DNA of 64,000 nucleotides, taken from positions 479-64,478 of the forward strand of contig JAAYXB010000058.1 in NCBI GenBank assembly GCA_012516125.1, given 5' to 3'. The position numbers and the translations under genes are program-made. Every line of letters begins with the position of its first letter. Positions within the stretch are counted from its first letter, which is position 1. Shown piece after piece: positions 9,552 through 18,458 of the stretch. Source of the DNA: Bacillota bacterium. GTDB lineage: Bacteria; Bacillota; SHA-98; UBA4971. The notes under the pieces are model-generated. The model was not told the origin of the DNA, made no database searches, and saw only the letters and a list, made by a program, of their open reading frames with translations.

Positions 9552-9670
9552 GGTGTTGCACTCTGGGACGGCGCCCCAAGCGGTGCGCGCTTCGCCAAAA
9601 TCCGGCCCGTCGGGCGAGCGGCCGGATTCTGACACCCCTCGTGCAAGCACCGCCAACCCCAATCTCACTT
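9552..9670. repeat. intergenic repeat element, copy B (long form)
   Basis: ggtgttgcactctgggacggcgccccaagcggtgcgcgcttcgccaaaatccggcccgtcgggcgagcggccggattctgacacccctcgtgcaag...ctcacttag. Contains a perfect 9-bp hairpin AATCCGGCC/GGCCGGATT. The 3' box overlaps the pdaD stop codon. Confidence 0.75.
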
Positions 9671-10127
9671 AGTACCAGAGGGCTGCCCCGGCGAAGGCGC
9701 ACCCGATCTTCTGCACCACGTGCTCCGTGCTCTTTATGAGGACCTTGTCAGGGACAGCGTTCCGGAAGGCGAGGGCTTCACGGATCATCTTCTCGATCGT
9801 CCTCTCGGCCTCCTCCTTGGAGCATTTTCCTCCGAACTCCATGATCACCCCGAAGCTGCCGGAAACGATGCCGACACCGATAGCAGCGGCGATACGCTCT
9901 CCCGGAACGTCGCTCGTGACGGAGCCGTAGGCCGTCGGAGTCAGCGAGCCCGGCGGTATGTCCAGCGCGTCCATGTATTCGGCGCCAGGCGGCAGAATGC
10001 TGGATACCCTCAAGAGGTTGAGGTTCCCGATTCCCGCGGCGAGAAGCGCCTTGTCGAACGCGGTCAGGGTGGTGTCGCCCTCAGCGCTCCCGGCGACCAG
10101 GGTGAACTTGCGAGGCGTCGGCAGCAT
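9669..10127 (-). CDS. pdaD: pyruvoyl-dependent arginine decarboxylase
   Basis: 152 aa with a near-collinear match to archaeal/bacterial PdaD: SLVAGSAEGDTTLTAFDKALLAAGIGNLNLLRVSSILPP (self-cleavage site region), GKCSKEEAERT, EHVVQKIGCAFAGAALWY. Confidence 0.9.
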   Translation of the reverse strand: MLPTPRKFTLVAGSAEGDTTLTAFDKALLAAGIGNLNLLRVSSILPPGAEYMDALDIPPGSLTPTAYGSVTSDVPGERIAAAIGVGIVSGSFGVIMEFGGKCSKEEAERTIEKMIREALAFRNAVPDKVLIKSTEHVVQKIGCAFAGAALWY

Positions 10128-10207
10128 GCGTTGATCCCCCCACTCTAGTAGACCTCGAATCGACTACATAGTATGCTAACCCGAGTGTCTGCTGCAACAT
10201 GTCTTTC

Positions 10208-11590
10208 TTATCCAACCATGACCCTCTCTTCGGGGTACCTGACCGCATTGGCGGCATGCTGCCTCTGGGCGATGGCCGTGGCCACCGTGAGAGGGCCGAC
10301 GCGACCTGCGAACATCGTAAATATGATGAGAACCTTGCCGAGCGCCGACAGGCTCGGCGTGATCCCCATGGAGAGACCGACCGTGCCGAACGCAGATGTC
10401 GCTTCGAAGAGGACCGGCAGAAGTCCGTCGTGGCGGACTATCGAGAGGGCCATCGTGATGACGATCACAAGGGCAAGCGATATCATGGACACCGCGAGGG
10501 CCCTGTATACGATCCTATGGGGGACCCTCCGCTCGAAGACCTCCACGTCTTCCCTTCCCCTCACCACGCTCCGCACGGCAAGGAGCAACGTCGCAAACGT
10601 CGATGTCTTTATCCCGCCGCCCGTTGATCCCGGGGACGCACCAATGAACATGAGGATGATTATGAAAAGCTGCGTCGCGGCCCGCATGTCGCCTATGGGC
10701 AGGGTGTTGAACCCGGCCGTGCGCGGGGTCACAGCCTGGAAATAAGCGCTCAGCGCCTTCCCGAGTGGGCTCAGCGGCTTCAGCGTCGCAGGGTTGTCCA
10801 ACTCGAGCAGGAATATGACGACCGTCCCGGCGGCAATGAGAACAGCGGTGGTGAGAAGCACCACCCTGGCATGAAGACTGAGCTTGCAGCCTCTGCGATG
10901 CGCTATGACCTCGCTTACCACGGAAAACCCGAGACCCCCAATGATGATGAGGCCGGTCATCACCAGGTTGACCCAGACATCGGCCGCGTAACCCGTGAGG
11001 CTCCTGAACCCCCCGAAAAGGTCGAAGCCCGCGTTGCAGAATCCCGAAACCGCGTGGAATACCCCGTAATAAAGGCATCTGGGAAAGCCCATGTCGAATG
11101 ACCACCGGATAGCCAGAAGGAGCGCACCGAAGCCTTCGACGACCGCAGTCACGAGGAGCACTTTCCTGATGAGCCGGACCATCCCTTCGAGAGTCAGCTG
11201 GTTCATCGCTTCCTGGATGAGAAGCCTGCTCCGGAGCGTTACCCTCCTGCCGAGCAGCAGGAAGATGAGGGTTGACACTGTCATGATGCCGAGCCCGCCG
11301 ACCTGGATAAGACATAATATGACGAGCTGGCCGAAGAGGGAGAACTGGTCGTGGGTGTCGACCACCACGAGGCCCGTCACGCACACGGCTGACGTAGCCG
11401 TAAACAGGGCGTCCACGAATGGAAGCGCCTTGCCATCCCTCGACGAAACCGGAAGAGCAAGGATGACGGCGCCGATCAGAATGAGAGCTGCAAAACCCGC
11501 CACCAAAACCTGTGCCGGGCTCGCCGCGTTCACCCGAGACAGGAACCAGCGCCGCCCGGCCGAATATGCCTCTGAAATTGCGGAAACCAC
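10208..11590 (-). CDS. TrkH/KtrB-family K+ transporter membrane subunit
   Basis: 460 aa polytopic membrane protein with repeated M1-P-M2 pore motifs (..GLGIMTVST.., ..GSPGSTGGGIKTSTF..). GTG start with GGGAGGG 7 nt upstream. Confidence 0.85.
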   Translation of the reverse strand: MVSAISEAYSAGRRWFLSRVNAASPAQVLVAGFAALILIGAVILALPVSSRDGKALPFVDALFTATSAVCVTGLVVVDTHDQFSLFGQLVILCLIQVGGLGIMTVSTLIFLLLGRRVTLRSRLLIQEAMNQLTLEGMVRLIRKVLLVTAVVEGFGALLLAIRWSFDMGFPRCLYYGVFHAVSGFCNAGFDLFGGFRSLTGYAADVWVNLVMTGLIIIGGLGFSVVSEVIAHRRGCKLSLHARVVLLTTAVLIAAGTVVIFLLELDNPATLKPLSPLGKALSAYFQAVTPRTAGFNTLPIGDMRAATQLFIIILMFIGASPGSTGGGIKTSTFATLLLAVRSVVRGREDVEVFERRVPHRIVYRALAVSMISLALVIVITMALSIVRHDGLLPVLFEATSAFGTVGLSMGITPSLSALGKVLIIFTMFAGRVGPLTVATAIAQRQHAANAVRYPEERVMVG

Positions 11591-11775
11591 AAGTCCACCC
11601 TCCCGGGTATCTCGCGCGTACGACGGTTAAATTATACCACGGCGTCAGGTCCTGTCAACGGAGAGCGCAGGCCCGCATCGTGTGGGCAGCGCGGGTTGCG
11701 GCGGACGCGCGAACCTTTGAGATGACCTGTCGCGGCCGACCTGCTGGCTCTGCTGGCCCCATGCAAGCTTCCGCG

Positions 11776-12087
11776 TCATGCCGCCCTGCGGTCGTGCGGG
11801 CGCAGCGTCCCACCCCGCCTTGCTCGCTGCACGTGGGCCTCGGCCCGGAGAATGGCCGTTTCGACCTCGTCCTTGCGTGGAGGCCTGCCCGTGGCCTTCT
11901 TGAACTCCTTCACGAAAAGCTCTATGAACTTCTCCATCTTTTTCTCGCCCTTTATCCCCCACTCCTTGTAGTGTTCCTCGATGTAATCCACGATGTCCAC
12001 CGTGGTATCGAGGATTATCTGGTATCTGCGGTTCTTCTGGTACACCTGAAGAGCATAGCCCACAAGGATTATGATGAGCGGCTCCAT
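11776..12087 (-). CDS. small membrane protein, possibly LL-H-type phage holin-like; start uncertain (an upstream TTG is possible)
   Basis: In ORF 11776..12237(-). Has an N-terminal hydrophobic helix LIIILVGYALQVY followed by a charged Lys/Glu-rich tail. The holin call rests only on remembered family resemblance. Confidence 0.35.
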   Translation of the reverse strand: MEPLIIILVGYALQVYQKNRRYQIILDTTVDIVDYIEEHYKEWGIKGEKKMEKFIELFVKEFKKATGRPPRKDEVETAILRAEAHVQRARRGGTLRPHDRRAA

Positions 12088-12349
12088 CACCGCGTCGCTG
12101 GTGATCACGTTCCACAGCACCTTCAGCCACTTCAACGCCGGCCACCCCGCTTTCTCTTGGAAAACACATCCCACACATATACTAGGTGGGGGCGCGCGGT
12201 TTTGTGCAGCGGAGCGTGGGAGCTGCGCAAACAGCAAGGTTCACCGGGAAAGTCCGTCTAGGCTTTCAGCGTCGCGTATTCGCCCCGGGCCGGGCAGTTC
12301 GGTACGTTTGACACGCCGCCCCAAGGCTGCTATTATTATAAGCGGGAGT

Positions 12350-12425
12350 GCGCCTATAGCTCAGAGGATCAGAGCGCCGGCCTCCGGAGCCGGGTGCGCA
12401 GGTTCGAGTCCTGCTAGGCGCACCA
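12350..12425 (+). tRNA. tRNA-Arg (anticodon CCG)
   Basis: 76-nt cloverleaf folded by hand. Acceptor GCGCCUA/UAGGCGC, D-arm GCUC..GAGC, anticodon stem CCGGC/GCCGG with loop CUCCGGA, T-arm GCAGG-UUCGAGU-CCUGC, encoded CCA. A TATTATTATAA -10-like box lies upstream. Confidence 0.85.
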
Positions 12426-12775
12426 TTTCATGCTCTTTTTTCCGCTCACGCGTCCGTTGTCAACGAGTGACACTTTGTGCAAGTGCTCATTCGCCGGAGG
12501 GCTCGTTCATCATCCGGGTGCGCAACTCCACACGCTCCTGTGCCCCTACGCTGCTAGACCGCCAGACTGCTACGCCGCACAAACGCCCCCGAGCTCCGCA
12601 CGTTCCCGCAAGACGTGGCGCGGCGAGCGCGGGTGTCATCCGCCCTCCCCAGGCGGCAGCCATCGGAAGAGTAGTCCCACAACCCCGCCCCACGCAGCAC
12701 TTAGAGGATAATTGCAAAAGATAGAGAACTATCAATACTATCTTCCAAGCCGGGAAAAGGAGGTAGCGGCGCGCC

Positions 12776-13564
12776 ATGGATGGTACCATAAGAGTCATGG
12801 CGGCGGAGAACAATCGGGACATGTGCGAAGTCCTTGAGGCTCTTGTCCGGGGAGAGCCGGATCTCGAGTGGGCCGGAGCAGCAGAAGACGGCCTGCAGGC
12901 GCTCGACATGATCGTCCAGGTGAAGCCCGACGTGGTCCTCCTCGATATCATAATGCCTTATCTTGACGGGCTTGGAGTGTTGCAGCGCCTCGCCGAAATG
13001 GACCTGGCCAGAAAGCCCGCCATCATCATCGTCACCGCGTTCGAGGAGGAGAGCATGGTGAAGAAGAGCGCAAGGCTCGGCGCGGATTACTACCTTCTGA
13101 AACCGTTCGACGGCGCATGCCTCCTCAGCCGGATACGCCAGGTCGCCGGCGTCGATAAGACTCTCCCCGCAAGAACCCGAAGCACGGCGCCTGCGGCCGC
13201 GTACAGTGGCACCTGTGACCAAGTGGCCAGAGTCCTCTTCAGGATGGGCACACCGACCTACTTCAAGGGCTACCAGTATCTAAAGGAGGCCATCGAGATG
13301 GTGAGATCCGACCCCGGTCTCCTCGCGGTCATCACCAAGAGCCTCTATCCGAGAATCGCCGAGAAACACAAGACCACTCCGCTCATCGTAGAAGCAGCGA
13401 TCAGATACACCATACAAAAGACCTGGAAGCACGGAAACGTGGAATACCTCAAGAAGGTCTTCGGCTACTGTGGAGCCCTGCGCGAAGGCAAGGCTCCCAC
13501 CAATTCGTTCTTCATAGCCCGGGTCGCAGAGGAATTGAGACTCGGGATGATGGAGGGCGCATGA
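12776..13564 (+). CDS. spo0A: sporulation master regulator Spo0A (receiver domain + Spo0A C-terminal DNA-binding domain)
   Basis: Receiver domain with DVVLLDIIMPYLDG. C-terminal domain KGYQYLKEAIEMV...ITKSLYPRIAEKHKTT...KAPTNSFFIARVAEELRL matches the Spo0A signature. AAAGGAGG lies 8 nt upstream of the ATG. Confidence 0.9.
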   Translation: MDGTIRVMAAENNRDMCEVLEALVRGEPDLEWAGAAEDGLQALDMIVQVKPDVVLLDIIMPYLDGLGVLQRLAEMDLARKPAIIIVTAFEEESMVKKSARLGADYYLLKPFDGACLLSRIRQVAGVDKTLPARTRSTAPAAAYSGTCDQVARVLFRMGTPTYFKGYQYLKEAIEMVRSDPGLLAVITKSLYPRIAEKHKTTPLIVEAAIRYTIQKTWKHGNVEYLKKVFGYCGALREGKAPTNSFFIARVAEELRLGMMEGA

Positions 13565-13570
13565 CCACGC

Positions 13571-14812
13571 TCATCGCGAGATACGCACGCTGCCGGTGGG
13601 CACAAACCCGAGCCGTGCCATGAGGAATCTCGCGAGAACCCTGGGAGACCTGAGCAGGCTTGCCGCGAACAGACGCCTGTAAGAGCCTGGCTCATACAGG
13701 ATGTCCACAAGGAGAAACACAAGATCCGGGTTCGCCTCCACCATATCAAACGGAAGGCCGTCCTTAACCCCGAGCACGGCCGCGAGGAGCGTCGAGAGGC
13801 GAAACTCTCTCGAGAACTCCTCGCGGCATCTTCGGGTGTACACGGGTGCCGCATCCGAGAAGTCGCCGGACCTTGCGGCGTCGGCTATGGCCTCCGCAGC
13901 CATCCTGCCGCTCCGGACGGCGCTGTATATCCCCTCGCCCGAGAATGGGTCCACAAACCCAGCAGCGTCCCCCGCCAGAAGCACCGCGCCGCGGGCAACG
14001 GCCCGCCTGATACCGCCTGCAGGTAGCATGTGCCCTCTTGCCCTGGGGCACGGAATGTGCAGGTGATGGATCTTGGCGACACGGGTGAAGTGAGTGCGAA
14101 AGGCTCCGACAAGCCTGGGTGCGTCGAGTGCTGTCGCGCCCACGCCCACGTGCAGCCCGCCTTTGCGATGAAAGGCCCAGCCAAACGCCGCCCGCAGCGG
14201 CGGAACAAGGTACAGCTCGATGAGGTCAAGCTCGCTCGCGCCCTCGGTGACAGGGCCGGGGGCAAAGTCCACCTCCGCGGAAACCGACGCACCCATTTCC
14301 CACCTGGACCACCGGTCTCGAATTTCCGCGAGCCTGGCAGTCCTGCCGCATGCTCCGTCGGCGCCGATGACAGCCCTCGTTCTGAACCTGCCACGGCCCG
14401 TGGTCACCACGTAACGCTCGCCCCGGGCCCCCACCTCCGTCTCGAGGCCCATGAGAGGCGCATCATCGAGAAACTCGGCGCCTGCCTCCACGGCCCTCGT
14501 GGCCAGGAAGTTATCGAAAGCCGCGCGTCGAACCGTGACCCCAAGCCTCTTCGAATCCCTCGCCGAAACCGACCTCCCGCTGGGCGAAATCAGCTTTATC
14601 CCCATGATGTCGCGTTCCACGACAGCGTCGGGCAGATCGAATCCCAGCTCTCGCAGGGCCTTCGCTGTCACCCCGCCGGCACAGGGCTTGTCCCTTGGGA
14701 ACTTCGCCTTGTCGATGAGGAGGACGGCGAGACCCCGGTCGGCCGCGACCCGTGCAGCGGTCGAGCCTGCTGGTCCCGCTCCGACTACCACGACATCGTA
14801 GTCACGCATCAT
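13571..14812 (-). CDS. FAD-dependent oxidoreductase, geranylgeranyl-reductase family
   Basis: N-terminal DVVVVGAGPAGSTAA Rossmann motif with GGR-family layout. The ATG overlaps the ypeB stop (ATGA). Confidence 0.75.
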   Translation of the reverse strand: MMRDYDVVVVGAGPAGSTAARVAADRGLAVLLIDKAKFPRDKPCAGGVTAKALRELGFDLPDAVVERDIMGIKLISPSGRSVSARDSKRLGVTVRRAAFDNFLATRAVEAGAEFLDDAPLMGLETEVGARGERYVVTTGRGRFRTRAVIGADGACGRTARLAEIRDRWSRWEMGASVSAEVDFAPGPVTEGASELDLIELYLVPPLRAAFGWAFHRKGGLHVGVGATALDAPRLVGAFRTHFTRVAKIHHLHIPCPRARGHMLPAGGIRRAVARGAVLLAGDAAGFVDPFSGEGIYSAVRSGRMAAEAIADAARSGDFSDAAPVYTRRCREEFSREFRLSTLLAAVLGVKDGLPFDMVEANPDLVFLLVDILYEPGSYRRLFAASLLRSPRVLARFLMARLGFVPTGSVRISR

Positions 14813-16179
14813 ATCGTCTCGATACCCTGGGGGCCCACTCTCTTTATCTTCTCCTCCTCGCCGGTGTCGGCGTTGACATAGACGAGGTAGGTCTCGCCGT
14901 CTATCGTGCCCCGGAACTCGTATACCAGCGTCTCTCTGTAGAAGTCGTCCATGATGACCGCGAGCCGCGACGCGGTCACGTCGAGCCTGGGGTTGAGCGC
15001 AGCCTTTGCCTCGCCCTCAGTCACGCGAGGTGCTGCGTGCCGCCTTGTCCTGTGGAACACCTGGTAGTTCGTACCTTCGAACCCGTCCACTCTTCCCGTG
15101 TCGAGCGCCACCCTCACGAGCACCAGGTCCGGGTACACGAGCACGCCGTCCTGCTCATGGGCAAACCCTATCACCGCGACTTCCTGATGGGCCTGCCTCG
15201 ATATCGGCCGCATGTTCTCGAAGCCCCTCGAAACGAGGAAATCGGCGGCAATCCTTTCGGCCATGGCAGGGGTGATCGTGGCCGGCCCGATTGGGGTCTC
15301 GTCCATCATCCACAGGACGCGCCCGCCCTTTACCGACACATCGACCCACACGGCGCCTCGGCCCTTGCCTGCCGGGATCTCGATCCTGTACGCTTCGGGG
15401 TTGGACGGTATCCTCCCGACGACCCTGGCTCGCCTGCCCGCAACTACTGACGGCCCAATGAAGTCAACGGCCACCCGCACGGCCTCATCTGTGCTGACGA
15501 CGGGACCGGGCACCTGCGGCAGCTTCTTGCTGGGCGGAGGGAGCACACCTTCGAGGTCTGGGGACGGGAACCGCGTCATCCCGTCTTCGAGCATCTTGAA
15601 CCCCTTGGTGACCTGGTTTGACGGCGCGCTGTCCGGCGCGCGGTCTGGCCGGGTGGCTGCAGCCGCCACCGTGTCTCGCTGAAAGTCTGTCCACCGTAGA
15701 GCGCCGGAGGCAAAAGCCCTGCCCATCTTCGCAAGCTCTTCAGCGGCGAACTTCGCCTGCCTGCGGAAATCCCGTAGAATCGTCCACTCACGGTCGCTGA
15801 TGGTCCCGCCGGAGGCGCCTTTTTGTGCAAGCGTGTAGGTAAAAGCCGCTACCTGGCCCACGAAGTCCTCTGTGGCAGAAAGGGGTACGGTCCCGATAGG
15901 GAGCTGGCCTATGGCGGACCTCGCGGACTCCGAGTGCCTCCACGCGTCGGCGAACGCCTTCGCCGTCTGCGTCGTCGAGCCCGCCGCGAGAGCCTTCGCA
16001 AGCTCTTGCTCGAGGCCGTCCAGGTGGTAGACTACTTCCTGGAATGCCCGCTGGTACTGGTTTTCCGTCCTCAGCTCGATCTCGCGCCGAAGCCGGTACT
16101 CACGAAAGGCCGCCAGTCCCAGGAGGAGGACAAGGGCGACTCCTCCGAAGCGCAACCACTCTCGTCTCAAGCGCTCCAC
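14809..16179 (-). CDS. ypeB: germination protein YpeB (PepSY-domain protein partner of SleB)
   Basis: 456 aa with an N-terminal TM anchor, then repeated PepSY-like segments (...YRIEIPAGKGRGAVWVDVSVKGGRVLWM..., ...ETLVYEFRGTIDGETYLVYVNADTGEE...). Lies immediately downstream of sleB. Confidence 0.75.
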   Translation of the reverse strand: MERLRREWLRFGGVALVLLLGLAAFREYRLRREIELRTENQYQRAFQEVVYHLDGLEQELAKALAAGSTTQTAKAFADAWRHSESARSAIGQLPIGTVPLSATEDFVGQVAAFTYTLAQKGASGGTISDREWTILRDFRRQAKFAAEELAKMGRAFASGALRWTDFQRDTVAAAATRPDRAPDSAPSNQVTKGFKMLEDGMTRFPSPDLEGVLPPPSKKLPQVPGPVVSTDEAVRVAVDFIGPSVVAGRRARVVGRIPSNPEAYRIEIPAGKGRGAVWVDVSVKGGRVLWMMDETPIGPATITPAMAERIAADFLVSRGFENMRPISRQAHQEVAVIGFAHEQDGVLVYPDLVLVRVALDTGRVDGFEGTNYQVFHRTRRHAAPRVTEGEAKAALNPRLDVTASRLAVIMDDFYRETLVYEFRGTIDGETYLVYVNADTGEEEKIKRVGPQGIETI

Positions 16180-16190
16180 CTCACCTTAGG

Positions 16191-16778
16191 TCACCTGAAG
16201 AAGATATGACTCCCGATTTGCACAAGGAAACGCCTGGTCGTGATCCACCAGTTGGTTGCCTTTGCCGGGTTGTAGTAGTAAAGCGCCCCGCCTGTGGGGT
16301 CCCATCCGGCAAGAGCGTCCTGAGCCGCGCGCATGGATGACGCCGTTGGCGGCAACCAAATGGTCCCCTGGGACACCGCGGTGAAGGCGTCAGGCTCGAA
16401 GATGACCCCTGGGATGGTCTTGGGGAAGTGTGGGTGCTCCACTCGGTTGAGAATGACGGCTCCCACGGCCACCTGGCCCACGTAGGGCTCGCCCTTTGCT
16501 TCCGCCGAGATGACGCGGGCCATGAGGTCGAAGTTGTAGTCGTAAGCTTGCCCGGGTCTGGCAAGTTCCCACGATGCCCGCGCCGCGGCCGTGCCTGTGT
16601 CTGTGCCTGCGCTCAAGCCCGCGTTCGCGCCCGCGCTCGCGCCCGCGGCTGTGCCGGCTGCCATACTCCACTTGCGGACGGCGACCGCCGCGCGCCCGTC
16701 TGGATAAGCATGCCAGATGACGGCCGTGAGGGCCACGAGGATGAGAAGTCCCGCGCATGCCCTGCCTGCTCTGTACAC
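16191..16778 (-). CDS. sleB: spore cortex-lytic enzyme SleB (cell-wall hydrolase)
   Basis: C-terminal hydrolase domain ARVISAEAKGEPYVGQVAVGAVILNRVEHPHFPKTIPGVIFEPDAFTAV...WDPTGGALYYYNP. N-terminal signal/TM segment. Confidence 0.8.
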   Translation of the reverse strand: MYRAGRACAGLLILVALTAVIWHAYPDGRAAVAVRKWSMAAGTAAGASAGANAGLSAGTDTGTAAARASWELARPGQAYDYNFDLMARVISAEAKGEPYVGQVAVGAVILNRVEHPHFPKTIPGVIFEPDAFTAVSQGTIWLPPTASSMRAAQDALAGWDPTGGALYYYNPAKATNWWITTRRFLVQIGSHIFFR

Positions 16779-17066
16779 TCACCGCCACCCCCGCAGCTAC
16801 TAAAAGCTCGGGATTATTATGCCGCGTGAAGTGGTTGCTATGCGCCGCGGCGGCGAGCGGGTGTCACGGCATCTGGTGTCCCGGCCCACGCCGGCGAGGC
16901 GCACGCCCGACTCAACCCGACGCGGAGACATGCGCGGGGGCCAACGGGAAAGCGTGGTTACACAACATGCCTCTGATCCTATGTGTATCGCCGATTTCTC
17001 CTCATTTCTGCCGGATCTGGCCGTACACGCCCCTTGCGCCTGGGGGGCAGTGCGAGGATACTATAA

Positions 17067-17079
17067 GTGACAGTAATCA
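17067..17079. promoter_or_regulatory. perfect 6-1-6 palindrome AGTAATCATTACT (Fur/PerR-box-like operator) in the AT-rich divergent promoter region
   Basis: Direct reading. Lies 130-200 bp upstream of the Fur-family gene. Contains the TAATnATTA core typical of Fur-family boxes. Confidence 0.35.
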
Positions 17080-17277
17080 TTACTACACAGTATCTACTAT
17101 CATTTGTATCATTCCATGATGACTGTGCAATGTTCGGCATACTATAACTCCACGGAATATGAATACCCAGCCCACGGCACAACAGGGCCCGCAGCCGATC
17201 TAGCGCCGGCCCGTGTCCGGAGTCGCCCGCGGGATATCTGGCTGCCCCCAAGGGCTGGAAAGCAGAGATGACGAAAT

Positions 17278-17803
17278 CGTGAGTGGAACGACGAAACAAT
17301 CCATTGTGGATGAGCTCCGTGGGGCAGGGCTGAAACCTACTCCTCAAAGAGTCGCCATATATGAGGTTCTGAAGGGCACCACAACTCACCCCAGTGTTGA
17401 GGCAGTGTACGAAGCGCTAAGACACGCTTTTCCGGCTATGAGTCTCAATACGGTCTACTGCACGCTCCAGGCTCTCGTGGCCGCGGGGCTCGTCCGGAAG
17501 CTTGCGATGCGCGAGAACGTCTTTCGATATGATGCCAACGCATCGCCGCACGCGCACTTCGTGTGCACGAAGTGCGGACGGGTGGAGGACGTGCCAGCCA
17601 AAGTGGATAAGGACCTCGCCGAGATCGAGTCGGGTCTCGAGGCGAAGATTCCGAGGCGGATCACCGACTACGAGCATTACTTCTACGGGTACTGCGAGGA
17701 TTGCGAGGCAGAGCTCGGACGGTCGTACACGGCCGATCCCTGCCATAAAGGGAGCCCAAAGAACCGGAAGAAAGGAGAGTCACAAGATGGCAGAGCTGAT
17801 TAA
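17278..17803 (+). CDS. Fur-family metalloregulator (PerR/Fur-like)
   Basis: In ORF 17213..17803. [23 protein letters not shown] is the winged-helix. Structural Zn site CTKCG...CEDC. I place the start at the internal GTG near 17278, but it could be 17213. Confidence 0.7.
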
Positions 17804-18209
17804 CGAGGTTAAGCTGGGGGTCGCGAAAGGGACGGAACTCGAAGAAGCGGTGAACATGAACTTCAGGGGTGAGACCGGAGAGGTCGGAATTTACCTTGCC
17901 ATGGCCCGGCAGGCGGAGCGCGAGGGCTACCCTGAAGTCGCAGCGGCGCTTATCAAGATCGCCAACGAGGAAGCCTGGCACGCGGCCCACTTCGCCGAGC
18001 TCAACGGCATGATATCGGCCAGCACAAAGGAGAATATCGAGAAGATGCTCCGGGGCGAGCAGGCCGCGAACAGGGGCAAGAGAGAGTCAGCCGTCAAGGC
18101 CAAGGAACTTGGCATCGACCACGCCCATGACTACTTCGATGAGTCCTCTCGCGATGAGGCGAGGCACGCCCAAATGCTCGAGGGGATCCTGAAGCGCTAT
18201 TTCGCCTGA
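17787..18209 (+). CDS. rubrerythrin/ferritin-like diiron four-helix-bundle protein (no rubredoxin domain)
   Basis: 140 aa from MAELINEVK, with AAAGGAGAG 8 nt upstream. E..H and EAWHAAHF..E diiron ligand pattern. Overlaps the end of the Fur-like gene by 17 nt. Confidence 0.7.
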   Translation: MAELINEVKLGVAKGTELEEAVNMNFRGETGEVGIYLAMARQAEREGYPEVAAALIKIANEEAWHAAHFAELNGMISASTKENIEKMLRGEQAANRGKRESAVKAKELGIDHAHDYFDESSRDEARHAQMLEGILKRYFA

Positions 18210-18458
18210 AAGTAAGCCCAGGTCGGGGTTCGTTAGTTCTTCCCAGCTTGCCAATATGTGGTGGGTTCCGGGCCCCGTTGGGGGCAAATAACACGGGCCC
18301 GCGGCACGGACCCGGAGGCCCTGCGCCCTGACGCTTCGAAGGCGACATCTTCGGCGCAAGCAAGCCGGAGATGTCGCCCTCGTGCTTCCCCACACAGGCC
18401 CGTCTTGCGACGTGCCGACGGCCGCGGGCGGCGCGCGAACGGAACGGACCGTCAGCCG

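Noticed and set aside
12430-12720. Possible additional degenerate copy of the repeat family downstream of tRNA-Arg (contains gtgcaag and cacttag fragments)
   Set aside because: Only two short motif matches with no collinearity with the 5' box or hairpins; likely chance.
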